Below are positions 36,967-49,944 of a stretch of 64,000 nt of DNA, in pieces. The position numbers and the translations under genes were made by a program. The notes below the pieces were generated by a model, which saw only the letters and a program-made list of their open reading frames with translations, was not told the DNA's origin and made no database searches. Position 1 is the first letter of the stretch. Each line of letters starts with the position of its first letter. The stretch lies in assembly GCF_001194135.2 (NCBI RefSeq), contig NC_068984.1, forward strand, positions 38,190,617 through 38,254,616, written 5' to 3'. Source of the DNA: Octopus bimaculoides (taxonomy: Eukaryota).

Positions 36967-37398
36967 GTGACAGTAAAACCTATTTATTTAGCTAGGATTG
37001 ACTGAAGCAAGCAGCATTTTATGCTTTGATTTGCTGTCAGTAGTCCAGCATCTTAACTTCTCAGTTGGAATGACTCACTAAAAGCTACTTATGATTCAAC
37101 AATGTCGTCTTAAGTATTAACTTTACTTGTGTTTCACTTGTTTTATTGACCTTAGAAAAATCAAGTGCCAATGTCGGCTTTGAACTTTATCTCAGAATGT
37201 TATGCACAACATTTGTACTCTGTCTGACAGCAGCTTAGTCAGGGCAATGTTCAATACAGAATTGACCTCTATTAAATCTTTGAAGCCCAATAAGCATACC
37301 AATAGGTTCAATATCAATATCTGTATCAGTATCATTTATGTGTGTGTGTGTGTGTGTGTTTATTACTTGATTTTTTCCTTTTTTAAATCATATATATA

Positions 37399-37722
37399 TC
37401 ATCATCATCATCATCATCATCATTTAACATCTGCTTTCCATGCTAGCATGGGTTGGACGATTTGACTGAGGACTGGTGAAAACCAGATGGCTACACCAGG
37501 CTCCAATCTGATTTGGCAGAGTTTCTACAGGTGGATGCCCTTCCTAACGCCAACCACTCAGAGAGTGTAGTGGATGTTTTTACGTGCCATCGGCACGAAG
37601 GCCAGTCAGGGGGTACTGGCAACGGCCACGCTCGAAATGGTGTATTTTACGTGCCACCTGCACAGGAGCCAGTCCAGTGGGACTGGCAACGAACTCGCTC
37701 AAATGTCTTTTCATGTGCCACA
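37399..37722 (-). mobile_element. Young family A copy
   Basis: Reverse complement of 20001-20385; (CAT)n at 37399-37423. Confidence 0.9.
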
Positions 37723-37969
37723 AGTATATATATATCTTTTTATCCTTTGCTTGTTTCAGTCATTAGACTGCGTCCATGTTGGGACACTGCCTTGAAGAAT
37801 TTTTAGTTGAATGAATCAACGTCTACTTATTTTTTTAAAGCCTATGTGTCTCTTTTGCTAAACCACTAAGTAATGGGGGACATAAACACACCAATAGTGG
37901 CTGTCAAGCAGTGGTGGGGAATAAGCACAGACACAACCACCCACACACACACACACATACAGATATATA

Positions 37970-38690
37970 TTGGGTCATCCCATAAACAATGCAGTTTCTT
38001 CAATTACATGGACTAAAAGTCGGAGGGGCATGGGATAAACTACCTGCAACAACTTGCTATAAAAGCAGGTAATAATTTTACCTTGTACTTATTCTTAGTG
38101 CAAGTTTTGAAAAGTGCAGTTCCATTTTAACAGTTATTTTTTCAAAGCTATAATGGAAGTGGATATGCTCCTTTGAGCATATTCAGCATATTTTGCTTTA
38201 TGAGTTCAATAATGGCAACACAATGGAAAGTGTGAAGAATATTAATGCAATATATGGGGATCGGACAATAAGTGTAAGCCAGTGTAAATGGTGGTTCCAG
38301 ATATTCTGAGCCAGAAACTATAGCTTAGAAGACAAGCCTCATCCTGGAAGATCTGTAGAGCTCGCCAAAGACATCCTGCAAACCCTGGTGGAACAAAATC
38401 CCATTGTGACTGTTGAGGAACTAGCAGAGAAGCTTGGATTTGGTCATTCAACCATTCATCGACACCTGTGTGCTGTCAGAAAAGTCAGCAAATTGGGTCA
38501 GTGGTTTCCTCACAAACTTTCCAAGTCTAATCATGCGCAGAGAGTGAATGTGTGCTCTTCTTTGAATGGAACTTTTTTGGACCGAATAGTCATAGGTGAC
38601 AATAAATGGGTCCCCTATAAAAATGTCAAGCACTGAAGATAATAATTTGCACCAGTCCTTGCAAACCTCATAATGGTTTTTTTTTAATTA
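37970..38690 (+). mobile_element. mariner (DD34D-type) transposon 5' half, decayed and truncated
   Basis: TA + TTGGGTCATCCCATAAAC TIR-like start; HILLYEFNNG, KWWFQIF, SLEDKPHPGR, EELAEKLG..HSTIHRHL, GQWFPHKL (WVPHEL motif) and FLDRIVIGDNKWV (first catalytic D). Ends where the PLE begins. Confidence 0.88.
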
Positions 38691-38699
38691 TCACTATAT

Positions 38700-39883
38700 G
38701 AAATCTCACGCTAGAAATTTGGACACCTTTTCCACATCTACTTAATGGATAACTGGAAAAGATACTTGGATGATTGTTTCATCATATGGAAGGAATCCTA
38801 TGAAAAACTTCTAGAATTCAAAACCATACTTAACAACATACATCCCAGCATTCAATTCACTATGGAATTCAGCAAACATCATCTCCCTTTTCTTGATCTC
38901 TTAATTATAAAAACACCTAATAACCAAATCATAACCCAGCATCTACCACAAACCTACAGATTCACAACAATACCTCCTTTTCAGTTCATGCCACCCAAAA
39001 CACACCAAGATAAATATCCCCTTCAATTTAGCTAAAAGAATTTGCACCATTGTCTCTGACCCAACCACTCGAGAAATACGCTTACAAGACCTCAAAAAAA
39101 CACTATTACAATGCCAATATCCCTCCACACTCATAGACTTTGGACGTGCCAAGGAACTTGACAAAAACACACTAAAAACCAACCAACACAATAACACACC
39201 CAACCCCAAAATACTTCCATACATCTCCACCCACAACCCCAAAAACATCGAAGCATGCACCACAATCAAACAAAACCTCCCCTTACTCACCACAGACCCA
39301 AAAATGAACAATATCATCAATACACACAAAGTCCTTAAATGCAAAAGGCAACACAAATCTTTGAAAAAACTCTTAACCAATGCCAAACTACATACACCAC
39401 TTCCACCCCCATCAATTAAAAAATGTGCATGCCCTAACTGTGGTACCTGCCCCTACCTACTTGAGGGGTCTGAATTTACCTTCAAATGAGGAACAAAGTT
39501 TAAAATCAAGACTAATTTCTCTAGTTCCTCTGAGAACCTCATTTATGTCCTCACATGCACAGGTTGCCAACCCAACTATATCGGACAGACGAGCCCCCTT
39601 TGCGTAGAAGAGTAGCAGTCCATAAAGAACAAATAAATCTTCCACAACACTGCCAAATTCCACTCAGTGGCCACATAGACTCTTGCGCCAGAAACAAAAA
39701 CCCTAAATTCCTTATATTCCTTTTCTATCAATGTAAAGACAGAATCTCCACATAAGAAAGAATCAACAAGGAGAATCTTTTTATAGAGAAATTCCAACCA
39801 CTTCTTAACACACAAACCCCTCGGTGACCATATTTCTCTTAGAACAAACATAAACTTCCTGTTGACAAAGAGTCCAGAATTCC
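38700..39883 (+). mobile_element. Penelope-like element 3' part: RT C-terminus, Cys-rich linker and GIY-YIG endonuclease
   Basis: WKRYLDDCFIIW (YLDD at 38763-38774), LNNIHPSIQFTME, LPFLDL, KKCACPNCGTCPYL, NLIYVLTCTGCQPNYIGQT (39535-39594), PLSGHIDSC. Frameshifted; runs into the gap. Confidence 0.92.
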
Positions 39884-40372
39884 NNNNNNNNNNNNNNNNN
39901 NNNNNNNNNNNNNNNNNNNNNNNNNNNNNNNNNNNNNNNNNNNNNNNNNNNNNNNNNNNNNNNNNNNNNNNNNNNNNNNNNNNNNNNNNNNNNNNNNNNN
40001 NNNNNNNNNNNNNNNNNNNNNNNNNNNNNNNNNNNNNNNNNNNNNNNNNNNNNNNNNNNNNNNNNNNNNNNNNNNNNNNNNNNNNNNNNNNNNNNNNNNN
40101 NNNNNNNNNNNNNNNNNNNNNNNNNNNNNNNNNNNNNNNNNNNNNNNNNNNNNNNNNNNNNNNNNNNNNNNNNNNNNNNNNNNNNNNNNNNNNNNNNNNN
40201 NNNNNNNNNNNNNNNNNNNNNNNNNNNNNNNNNNNNNNNNNNNNNNNNNNNNNNNNNNNNNNNNNNNNNNNNNNNNNNNNNNNNNNNNNNNNNNNNNNNN
40301 NNNNNNNNNNNNNNNNNNNNNNNNNNNNNNNNNNNNNNNNNNNNNNNNNNNNNNNNNNNNNNNNNNNNNNNN
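39884..40372. other. Assembly gap (489 N)
   Basis: Run of n. Other gaps: 48666-48988, 53420-53503, 56863-56872. Confidence 1.
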
Positions 40373-40413
<41 letters not shown>

Positions 40414-41033
40414 CATATATATATATGTGTATATTGTTTATATTATTATTTGATTGAACGCCACGCATCTATTGCCAAGAAAGTTTATATCAATCTTTTT
40501 AATGTGACTCTACTCTATACTGTTTTTCTCCCCCATTGTATTCTCTCTCATCATTTCTCAAATTCCCTTTTTTCTCCCCATCACCATTTTCTGTCTCTCT
40601 CTCCCCCTCTTTCTCCTGCTCTCTCTCTCATTGCTCACATGTGTCCATTGCCCATCTTTCTTTTCCTCGTGTGATCATTTTTCTTTTCTTTCAGGACTGG
40701 ACATATTCTATCTCTCTCTTCTATCTTTTCTCTTGTCAAAGAAAATATCTCTCCAGCATTCACTATTTTACCCTTGTTCTGGTCTAACTATGTTTGTTTT
40801 CGTTCGGTTTTCTTGTATGTCTCTACTGTCCTGTTTTTGTTTCCAACTTTGACCCTCCATAAATCCCAAATTTTGTTTTGATACTTATGCAAGCAACTGT
40901 CTTCGAAGACTCATATTGTCATTCAATGCTCGAAATGAGGAGTAGATAGACAGCTGACAATTGATGAAGGGTCGTTCTTTGTGTTACTTGTCCTGTTTTT
41001 CCATTTGCTTCTCTCGTTCTTTGTGTATTGAAT

Positions 41034-41427
41034 GCAGGAGTGGCTGTGTGGTAAGTAGCTTGCTTACCAACCACATGGTTCTGGGTTCATTCTCACTGCA
41101 TGGCACCTTGGGCAAGTGTCTTCTACTAGTCTCGGGCCGACTAAAGCCTTGTGAGTGGATTTGGTAGACAGAAACTGAAAGAAGCCCGTCGTATATTTGT
41201 ATATGTTTGTGTGTCTGTGTTTGTCCCCGCAACATCGCTTGACAACCGATGCTGGTGTATTTAGGTCCCCGTAACTTAGCAGTTCAGCAAAAGAGACTGA
41301 TAGAATAAGTACTAGGCTTACAAAGAATAAGTCCTGGGGTCGATTTGCTCGACTAAAGGTGGTGCTCCAGCATGGCCACAGTCAAATGACTGAAACAAGT
41401 AAAAGAGTAAAAGAGTGAGTAAAGAGT
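41034..41427 (+). mobile_element. Full-length tRNA-derived CORE-like SINE family B (octopus OR-type)
   Basis: A-box TGGCTGTGTGG (41041-41051), B-box GGTTCATTC (41084-41092), CORE-like ACCTTGGGCAAGTG, tail CTCCAGCATGGCCACAGTCAAATGACTGAAACAAGTAAAAGAGTAAAAGAG. Further copies: 31505-31680(+), 37735-37960(-), 48470-48620(-), 57950-58070(-), 58997-59417(+). Confidence 0.9.
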
Positions 41428-41484
41428 ATTTGTTTTCATATTTCATGTTCTTTACTGTTGGTGATGTTCTGTATCCATATATGC

Positions 41485-41522
<38 letters not shown>

Positions 41523-42407
41523 AACAGACTCTTAGCTATTGGCAAAGGTAACCTACTAACAAACCAGCCAGCCTGTTTGCTACCCAATCAATCAAACATG
41601 TGACTAGACATTCTAAACAGCTGAAAGCATTGAAAGCAAGCAAACACCTGAAGTAGGTACATCAGCTGATCAGATAATGTCATCTTTGTATCAATAAATG
41701 CAAGGTAGTTAGTGAGTTTAACATGAACACTTGATGCTACAAACCACAGTTAACATGTTTCTCTGCATATTTCCTGATTCAACCAGCATAACTACTCTTG
41801 GTTGCATGTAAAACGTCCTCCTTCATTGTCTTTTCTCTCTCTCTCACTCTCACTCACTCTACCTCTCTTTTTTGCACTATTACTTCTTTCTATCCCTCCC
41901 CCCTCTCTCTCTCACACATACATCTACACTCTACCATTCTCTCACACTATCTTTCTCCTCCTCCTCAGTTTAGATTGTCTTTCACTCTGTTTCTCTCATT
42001 CTTACAGTTATTTCTGTCAGCTTCTTTTCTTGTCAATTTCATTGCTGTTATTTTAACAAATTATGCCATAAAATACGTTTTCTAGAGCTCTCATTTTTAA
42101 TGATGTTCTTGTTTCTGTTGATGTATTTGTTGGTGTTATTACTGAGTTGTTGTTTTTGTTGTTGTCATCACGAATGTTGCTATTAATTATGAATTTCTGT
42201 TTTATAGATTTTGAACTTTATTTTATTCTGATGTCACTAATTTTGACACAAACATGATGATGCTGATTACACAGCATTTTGCACAGTGAACCAACAAAGA
42301 GATCTCTATCAATTGACCAAGAAATAGCAGCTAAATCTCTCTTGAATTTCACCCCACTGTCTTTGATAGAGAACATACCAAACAATGTAATAGTAGTGAT
42401 GATGATA

Positions 42408-42457
<50 letters not shown>

Positions 42458-42901
42458 GATGATAATGACTGATTACAAATATGACGATGACGACGATGAT
42501 GATGATGATTAGGATGGTGATGATGATGGGGATAACAGTAACAGTGGTGATGATGATGATGATGATGAAGAGGAGGAGGAGGAGTAGGATAATGCCATAT
42601 TCTAATAATAGGACCAAATGTTTGGTTATCTTTATTGTCATTTACTCACAAAATTGCTCACAAAGCTCCTAAATAAAATTATGCCGAGTTAACTAAATAA
42701 AATCACTGAATGATTACATAGACAAACAACTTAGCCATAATCAATCTCAAAGGATGCCAAAAAATTACAGGTCAATTACTTGCCTGCTAGCATATCCTTT
42801 GTGTTCTGTTTTTATTTTTACGTTTTTAATTCTTTCTTTCACCCCTGCCACTATCTGGCATATACTGGTGCTTGCAATTATCAAGTATTACCTCTAAAAT
42901 T

Positions 42902-42975
<74 letters not shown>

Positions 42976-44489
42976 TCTGGCCAAATGGAAGGAAACACCC
43001 TCTTCCTTACAGAGCAAAAACGGTTGTCATTGCAGCTCATATGAATGTAAAAATCAATTGCTAATAATTCGTATGAGAGCCTCACAAAACACAAAATCTT
43101 ACTTGCTCATAGATTGCTTACAAATATGCATTTGACCCACTATTGGATATTAAAAACCCTTAAACTTTAAAAAGTATCACCAACACTGGTCACTTTCTTG
43201 AAAAACAGCTTGATCTTGTGGAATACTAATCCTATTCTTTCAGACTCAAGGAGTATGAGGTTCTATGATAACATAAGCATCAACTGTGGCATTTTTCAAA
43301 GAAATTCTCTTTCTCTACTCCTTTTCTGTCTCTCTTTAGTTTCCTCATGGTTCTGCAAGCTTGCCACCTGAATAATCATAACTAGCTGGACCGTGAAAAC
43401 TTCACAGAAAACATAAAAAATGTAAGCATCTGTAAATTGTGTGCTGGTACCATGAGAAATGTTTCTGTTTTGTGACGCTTAGAGAATATAGAAAGAAGTG
43501 TAAAACCGATAACTATATAATCCAGCCAAAATATCTCAGTTACGCAAATGTAAACAGAGTTACTATTTAGCCTTAAAATAACATTGTATGTATTCAAAGA
43601 ACCTTCTTGGTTTAGTGGTATGGCAGGTTCTTCTGATTCTATTCCTTCACTCAATCTATCTCTCTAATCTCTCTTTTCCCCTCCCTCCCCTCTTCCTCCT
43701 CTATGTCTTCTTACCTCTAACTGTCCTGTGTTTAACGCATTATATTTCTCTTACCTCTCAGCACTATCAATCTCCCCTCTCTCTCTCACACACACTTCCT
43801 CTTACTTCCTCCTTTTTGCCTCTTTGCCTCTCACTTCAACTATATTTCCTCTGCTTCTGTCCCACTCTTCTCTCCCACTTTGCCACTCACTTCAAGTATA
43901 CCTTCTCTGCTTAACACCTTTTATTTCTCTTTTCCTTTGTACCTCTCCTTTCTACCTTTTTAACTCTTTCTTTGAAGTAAGTGTGACACACACCACAGGT
44001 ATGTACAAAAACAAACAAAAATACTAAGTGTATCAATATTATTGATAATAGTTGTTTCAAATTCCAGCACAAGACAGTACTTGATTTTATTGATCCTGGA
44101 AGAATGAAAAGCTAAGTTAACATCAATGAGATTTGAATTCAGAATGTAAAAAATCAGAACAAAAATTTCACAAAGGAATCTGTCCAGTGTTCTAACAATT
44201 CTGCCATTCATTGCTCGTTTTGTCAATAATTATAATTTATAACTTTCACAAACTAATCTTTTGGGGCAAGTATATAAATCAATCCCAGTAAGTCAACAGG
44301 ATTTGAACCTAGAATATTAAGAAACAGCTAAACACCACAAAGCATTTTGTCTGGTACTCTATTAATCCATCCAGTTTTTGCCCTATATGATAGTAATAGA
44401 TAAGTGAATGAAAACAAGCCAGAAGTAAAATGGAATTCTGAAATATACTAAAACTGAAACATGAAACACTTCATGATCAAAATTTTTCA

Positions 44490-45135
44490 AAGTATAACAA
44501 TAGTTCATTAGGTCTGGGCTAAGAACATTAAGGAAAGGTCTGATTCCAGATGCACATTATCAATGTCTCACCATAAAAAGTTCTAATAAAATAATGGTAT
44601 GAAACAAGGCTGACAACAACTGCAGATTATGCAGTCTTCACAAAGAAAAAAATTGATCATATCATTTCTGTTTATCCAGTCCTTGCAAAGACAGAATATA
44701 TCCATAAACATGATCAGATTGGTGGTTGTGTACATTAGGCAATATGCTGACATTTTGATATGAAAACTTAAAAGACCTGCCTATGATTATTTGAATCATG
44801 CCTTCACAGACTGACAAAGAGATCAAAACAAATCATCCAGATATATAAACAAAATAGTGGAATGAGAAAATATTTACTCTGATAAATATTTCAGTCCCTT
44901 CCAAAATACTGCATGGAAAGATGTAAAAAAAAAAAACTATAAAAGTACAAAGATCTTGAAATGGATATAATTTCGATGTGGAGCATAAAAGTAAACACAA
45001 TATCAACAATAAGTGGAACACTGAGTAAAATAAAGAAGAGCCATATCAAAAATTACAACTTTATACACTGTCCATAAAATAGTCCTGCTAGACACTGCCC
45101 ACATCTTACACAAAGTACCTTTGATCCAATAGCAA
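44490..45135 (+). mobile_element. R4/Dong-like non-LTR retrotransposon 3' end (CCHC finger and restriction-like endonuclease)
   Basis: NCRLCSLH/EKIDHIISVYPVLAKTEYIHKHDQI, TDKEIKTNHPDI, INISVPS, KYKDLEMDIISMW, IVLLDTAHILHKV. Confidence 0.85.
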
Positions 45136-46194
45136 ATTGATGCAGTACACTTTGTACAATTCAAAAAATCCACTAAACACAATCTCCACTCAATTTTATA
45201 ATACAACTTATATAGCACATACTCTATCAAATCGCTACCTAATCAAAAAACACAAGCCACGTAACACATATTCTACAAAATTGTCACTCAATGCTACAAA
45301 ACCAATCACACAACACACTTCCCACAATTTCATTCCATTGGCCATTTTTGATCCATTAGTAGATGAAGCCTCAGCATGCTTTTGCTGGCTTATTTATGTT
45401 GGCTGTAGACCTACCTGCCTGTCCATGCTGACCAATTGCCGATTGGACAGAGTGCTCTTGTCAAATGATTAGCCTTAGCCAATGACACCTGGAAAAGATT
45501 TCCACTAAGAACACAAAGAATCAGAATAGATCCGGTAAAGCATCTCATCCAATGCTCTAACACTTCTGATAATTTGTCCCCTTGGATGGAAATTTTATTT
45601 ATGAACCTCAAAAGGATGCAAGGCACAGCTGATTTTGATAGCTGACTTGGGATAAACATAGGTGTGTTCAAGAATCTGCTCAACGTTAGCACCATTCAAT
45701 AAATTAACACATTTCACAAAACTCATATTCTACACAACAAACAATAAACACTAAAGTAACACTAGAAACAACAAGACAAACCCAACAATAAAGAAAGTAT
45801 AGGTAACATACAGGCCTCTTCTTTTATTCCCAAAGATATTGCTGTACACACATCATGATTACAGAGGTTTATTTAATGAGGCAGTAGAAACACATATGAA
45901 ACTTTTGAAAATGGATGATAATAATAATAACAAGAACACTCAGAAAGTGCAAACCTCCACCAAGGCAACACCAACGTCCTCTCAATGATTCGTTGGAGAT
46001 GATTTTTAAAATGAGAATATCTGAAATAAATTTGACTGCTCTCACAAAGGAGAATACTAAAAGTGAACCCAACCACTTTCAAAAATTAAGTAAAAAAAAA
46101 ATCAGAAAAATAATCCAGAAATCGATCCCAATGGTAGTCATGGAATGTGAAGATGGGTGAGCAGGCTGTGTTTGTAATGCTGTGTGTGTGTTGT

Positions 46195-46400
46195 CTGCTG
46201 TGGGAATAGAGACAGTTTTCTCTATGAAGGCCTTTTTTAGTTTATCCACCGATATAGTGTCTTTATGACCATTAAGGTTTATAGTGAAAAATTTATCTGT
46301 GCATAAAAGAAAACGGAAAGGACCTGTATACTGTGCTGTTAATGGAGGTTTAACAACATCATTGTGCACAAAATCTTGAGACCAAGAGGTAAAGCTTCCT
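46195..46400 (-). mobile_element. Ty3/Gypsy integrase C-terminal (GPF/Y) fragment
   Basis: FVHNDVVKPPLTAQYTGPFRFLLCTDKFFTINLNGHKDTISVDKLKKAF. Confidence 0.85.
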
Positions 46401-47668
46401 TCAAGACAGAGCTAGAAATGCAAATGTGAAGTAGGTAAGAGGTTTTAAACAGGAGTGATATATTCAAAATTGGTAAAACTAAAAATTGTCAAGGATAAAT
46501 TAAATTTATTCTTGTTACTGAATATGTTAGTGTTATTTAATTTCTGAATGGTTTTGTTGCCGTTTATTTATGTAGTTTGACTTCTTTATCCATCAATTTC
46601 TACTAAGATAGACACAAGTAAAATTAATAATAGAGAAACAAAAATAAAACTTTGGAAACAGCAATGCCACCATAACTTACATGGAAACCATGAGTGTGCT
46701 TTCAAAGGAGATAATCAGAGAAAGACTTGAAAGTCAATGTAAGATCCTAATACTTCATGTAAAGTAAAGTAAATATAACAAATAATTCAGAATTCTTGTC
46801 CAGTACCGGATCGATCCCAAAATCTAATCAGTTCATGCCATATGAACACAGTTGTGTTATGTCATGACTTAAACTTTGCAATCTGGTGACTTAGTTTTGA
46901 CTCTTGCTACAAAACCAAAAACCAGTATAAGTGTGATTTAAGCATACATATACTCATGTGTGTCTACAGTGTATGTAGAGATCACGTAACAAAAAATGTT
47001 GGAACTCAAAATGGATGGAAAAAAAAAAAATATGGAAATGACACAGACAAAAAAAATGAAAGTAAAATATTTCAGTTTAGTTCATAAACTGTTCAAAATT
47101 TGAAAGACTATTTTTGCATGGCAACAGTTAGGAAAAAATTGCAGAACATGTGAGATACGTGTCTGTACAAAAGTATGTTTCAATGCTAGGCTGCAAGTCA
47201 AATTGTTAAAGTGAGTATGAATGTTTGTATCTCTTTTTCATCTAACCAAACAGAATAAACCAAGATCTAAGAATGTCAAAAAGAAAGAGAGATAAAAATA
47301 AGTGAGTGCGTGTGTGTGAATGCTTTTGTGATAGTACTGATGATGCCACTGGCCAAAATGTTCTGTAAGTAGCAGAAAAAAACTATGGAGAAAAATTTTG
47401 CAAAGCATCAGTCTACTGCAGTAAAACAAAGAGGTTGCATATTTGCTGTGTGAATGTGTGAGTGTGTGTAAAATAAAGACAATGATAGACAGTCTGAGAG
47501 GATATGTCATGTTGATTCAATAAAGTTCATCTTTAAAACATGACGGTGTAACACCTAGTAAAATGTTGAAGTGGAGTTGCAAAGAAAAATGCTGGCATCA
47601 AGTAAATCTCAGGTAGTTGTTCTATGTATATTGTCAATTAACAGAAAGGCATGTGCATGGCTGCATGG

Positions 47669-48475
47669 TTGTTATAACTTTTAATTCTTCTAAGTGATTG
47701 ATTTTGGTTGTCTTTTTCGAGCCATCAGAGAATGCACTGACTACAATGTGAAACACTGCCATGCATAAGTAGACTTGTTGGCTAGATTTGAGGACTTCAC
47801 TGGACCATTCTATTGGTAGTAGCAATAAATAGGCTGTGTGTACAAAGGGCAGAGATGTGATCAATGTGAGTTTATGACCCATGCCTGCTGAGAAGTCCTT
47901 CTTCACAGGGTTGGTTCCAGGCCCTAATCCCTATCACTGAAGGCAGTTCAGAAGTTTCTCAACCCTCCTGGGCTGGGAGAGACACACCCATAGATACCTC
48001 CAGGATAGTGCACGTGCAGCCCCGGACATCCAAGGGTATCACAGACCTATTATCACTCCACTTCATGCAACTTTCTGCCATCCATCCCTCTAAGAAGTGC
48101 TGTGTTCACCAACCAACCAGCTTAGATGCAACAGCATGCTATTGTTGGGCTTTCGTGAGCTGAGCTGACCTGATCAGGTTATTGTCATTACTCTACAACT
48201 GGTGTCATGACCATATGATAACTGGCTGTGGCCACAACAATGGACATGAAAGAGAGTGGTGGCAATGGCAAGCTCAGCCTGCATGCAGAGCAACCAGTGA
48301 CAGCTTTAGCAAAGCCGCACTACCAGAATAGTGCTATTTGATGTGCTAGTTAGCAGGCCAGAGTCTTGTTTGGTTTTTGGAATTAACCAGACAGATTGCT
48401 TCACAACTATGAATGGCTTTGCACCATCACCCACTGAATTGAGAAAGAGCTATCAATCTGTCAGTTCTACCCATA
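47669..48475 (-). pseudogene. Decayed 18S rRNA gene fragment (3' part, including a long V7 expansion)
   Basis: Reverse complements of universal 18S motifs in correct order: TTGTTATAACTTTTA (47669; cf. CTTGTTACGACTTTTA), GTGTGTACAAAGGGCAG (47836-47852), GCAGCCCCGGACATCCAAGGGTATCACAGACCT (48016-48048), CCCTCTAAGAAGT (48086-48098), GGAATTAACCAGACA (48379-48393), AAAGAGCTATCAATCTGTCA. Many CG-to-TG/CA changes. Confidence 0.92.
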
Positions 48476-48615
48476 TCTGAAATGGATACATGTTTCTGTG
48501 TGTCTGAGACTCAGTCTCATTGTATGGCATGTTGGACAAGTGTCTTCTATTAAATCCCTGAGCTGATCAAAGCCTTGGTAGTGGATTCGGTGGGTGGAAA
48601 CTGAAAGAAGTCTGT

Positions 48616-48665
<50 letters not shown>

Positions 48666-49359
48666 NNNNNNNNNNNNNNNNNNNNNNNNNNNNNNNNNNN
48701 NNNNNNNNNNNNNNNNNNNNNNNNNNNNNNNNNNNNNNNNNNNNNNNNNNNNNNNNNNNNNNNNNNNNNNNNNNNNNNNNNNNNNNNNNNNNNNNNNNNN
48801 NNNNNNNNNNNNNNNNNNNNNNNNNNNNNNNNNNNNNNNNNNNNNNNNNNNNNNNNNNNNNNNNNNNNNNNNNNNNNNNNNNNNNNNNNNNNNNNNNNNN
48901 NNNNNNNNNNNNNNNNNNNNNNNNNNNNNNNNNNNNNNNNNNNNNNNNNNNNNNNNNNNNNNNNNNNNNNNNNNNNNNNNNNNNNNNNACCAACATCTAC
49001 CACTCTTTTTTTTTTCCTATTCTCTTTTTCTTTTCTTTTCCCTCCTGTAATCCTTTTGACCAATACCTTTCTTTCTTCCTTCTAACATTTTTATCAAAAC
49101 ATAAAAGACTTTCTCACCTTCCCGAGCGTCAAACTAATACACCTGCTTGTTGTTTATACACCTGTCTTCATCTTTTGTTTTTCTGTCTGGCTATGGAGAA
49201 ATATTAACTTGCTTGGAAAGAGATAAAGGTTAGCAACAGAAGGGCAACTAGCTATAGAAAATCTGCTTCAACAGGTGATGATGATGAAGATGATAATGAT
49301 GGAAAAGCATTCACAATATTTTGTCAAGAATATAGCATGCTTTTCATAAATGAAAACAA

Positions 49360-49944
49360 ACATAACAGACATTTTCCTGTGATGGAATCAGCCTGGTGTA
49401 CTTTTGATCAGGTGTCCAAAGATGTGGTGCCCACCAAGCAGAAACTTTCATCATGGCAAGTTCATTGAACAGAATATTCTCAATTCTTTCACGGGATATG
49501 CTAAATGCATTGGCTATATCATTCATAGTTAATCACTGGTCATCCATCACAATGTGGTGAGCACAATCAATGTTTTCTTCAGTGATGGCAGTTGCAGGAT
49601 GTCTATTTTCAAGACACTCCCTTCCCCTCCTAAATTCAACTTCTCACTTTTGCACTGTTGGTAAATCTGGAATGCCATCCCCTAACTTAGCAACAATATC
49701 AGCATGAATGTTCTTGGGGGCTAAACCCATTCTTTGCAGGTAAACCATGATGCCAAATGTTGTCCATTTTCAAAAGAAGTTGCTACTAGTTACTTTTGAA
49801 GTCTTCTTTGAACAGTCATATGTCAATTTATCTGGAAAGAAACACTGTTGTTATTAAGAAGAGCTGAATTTAATGCATACAAGTTTTCGCAGCTCTAGCA
49901 ACATTCCATCATAGTCAGCCTATGAACTTTTCAGCCCACCCTTG
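49360..49944 (-). mobile_element. mariner transposon 5' half, decayed
   Basis: Minus-strand TIR TA-CAAGGGTGGGCTGAAAAGTTC; peptide KNIHADIVAKLGD...TVQK*EVEFRRGR..LE...TAITEENID...ISRERIENIL..EL.M.KVSAWWAPHL.TPDQK. Confidence 0.85.

Noticed and set aside
41034-41110. tRNA gene
   Set aside because: A/B boxes are present, but there is no convincing cloverleaf and the sequence continues into a SINE body found many times.
45135-45330. Mitochondrial insertion (A/C-rich strand bias)
   Set aside because: No mitochondrial gene, tRNA or rRNA motif is recognisable; more simply the UTR of the adjacent retroelement.
45330-45700. Minus-strand coding-like segment (…RSVRALDEMLYRIYSD…)
   Set aside because: Contains stops and no family motif I can name; left unannotated.
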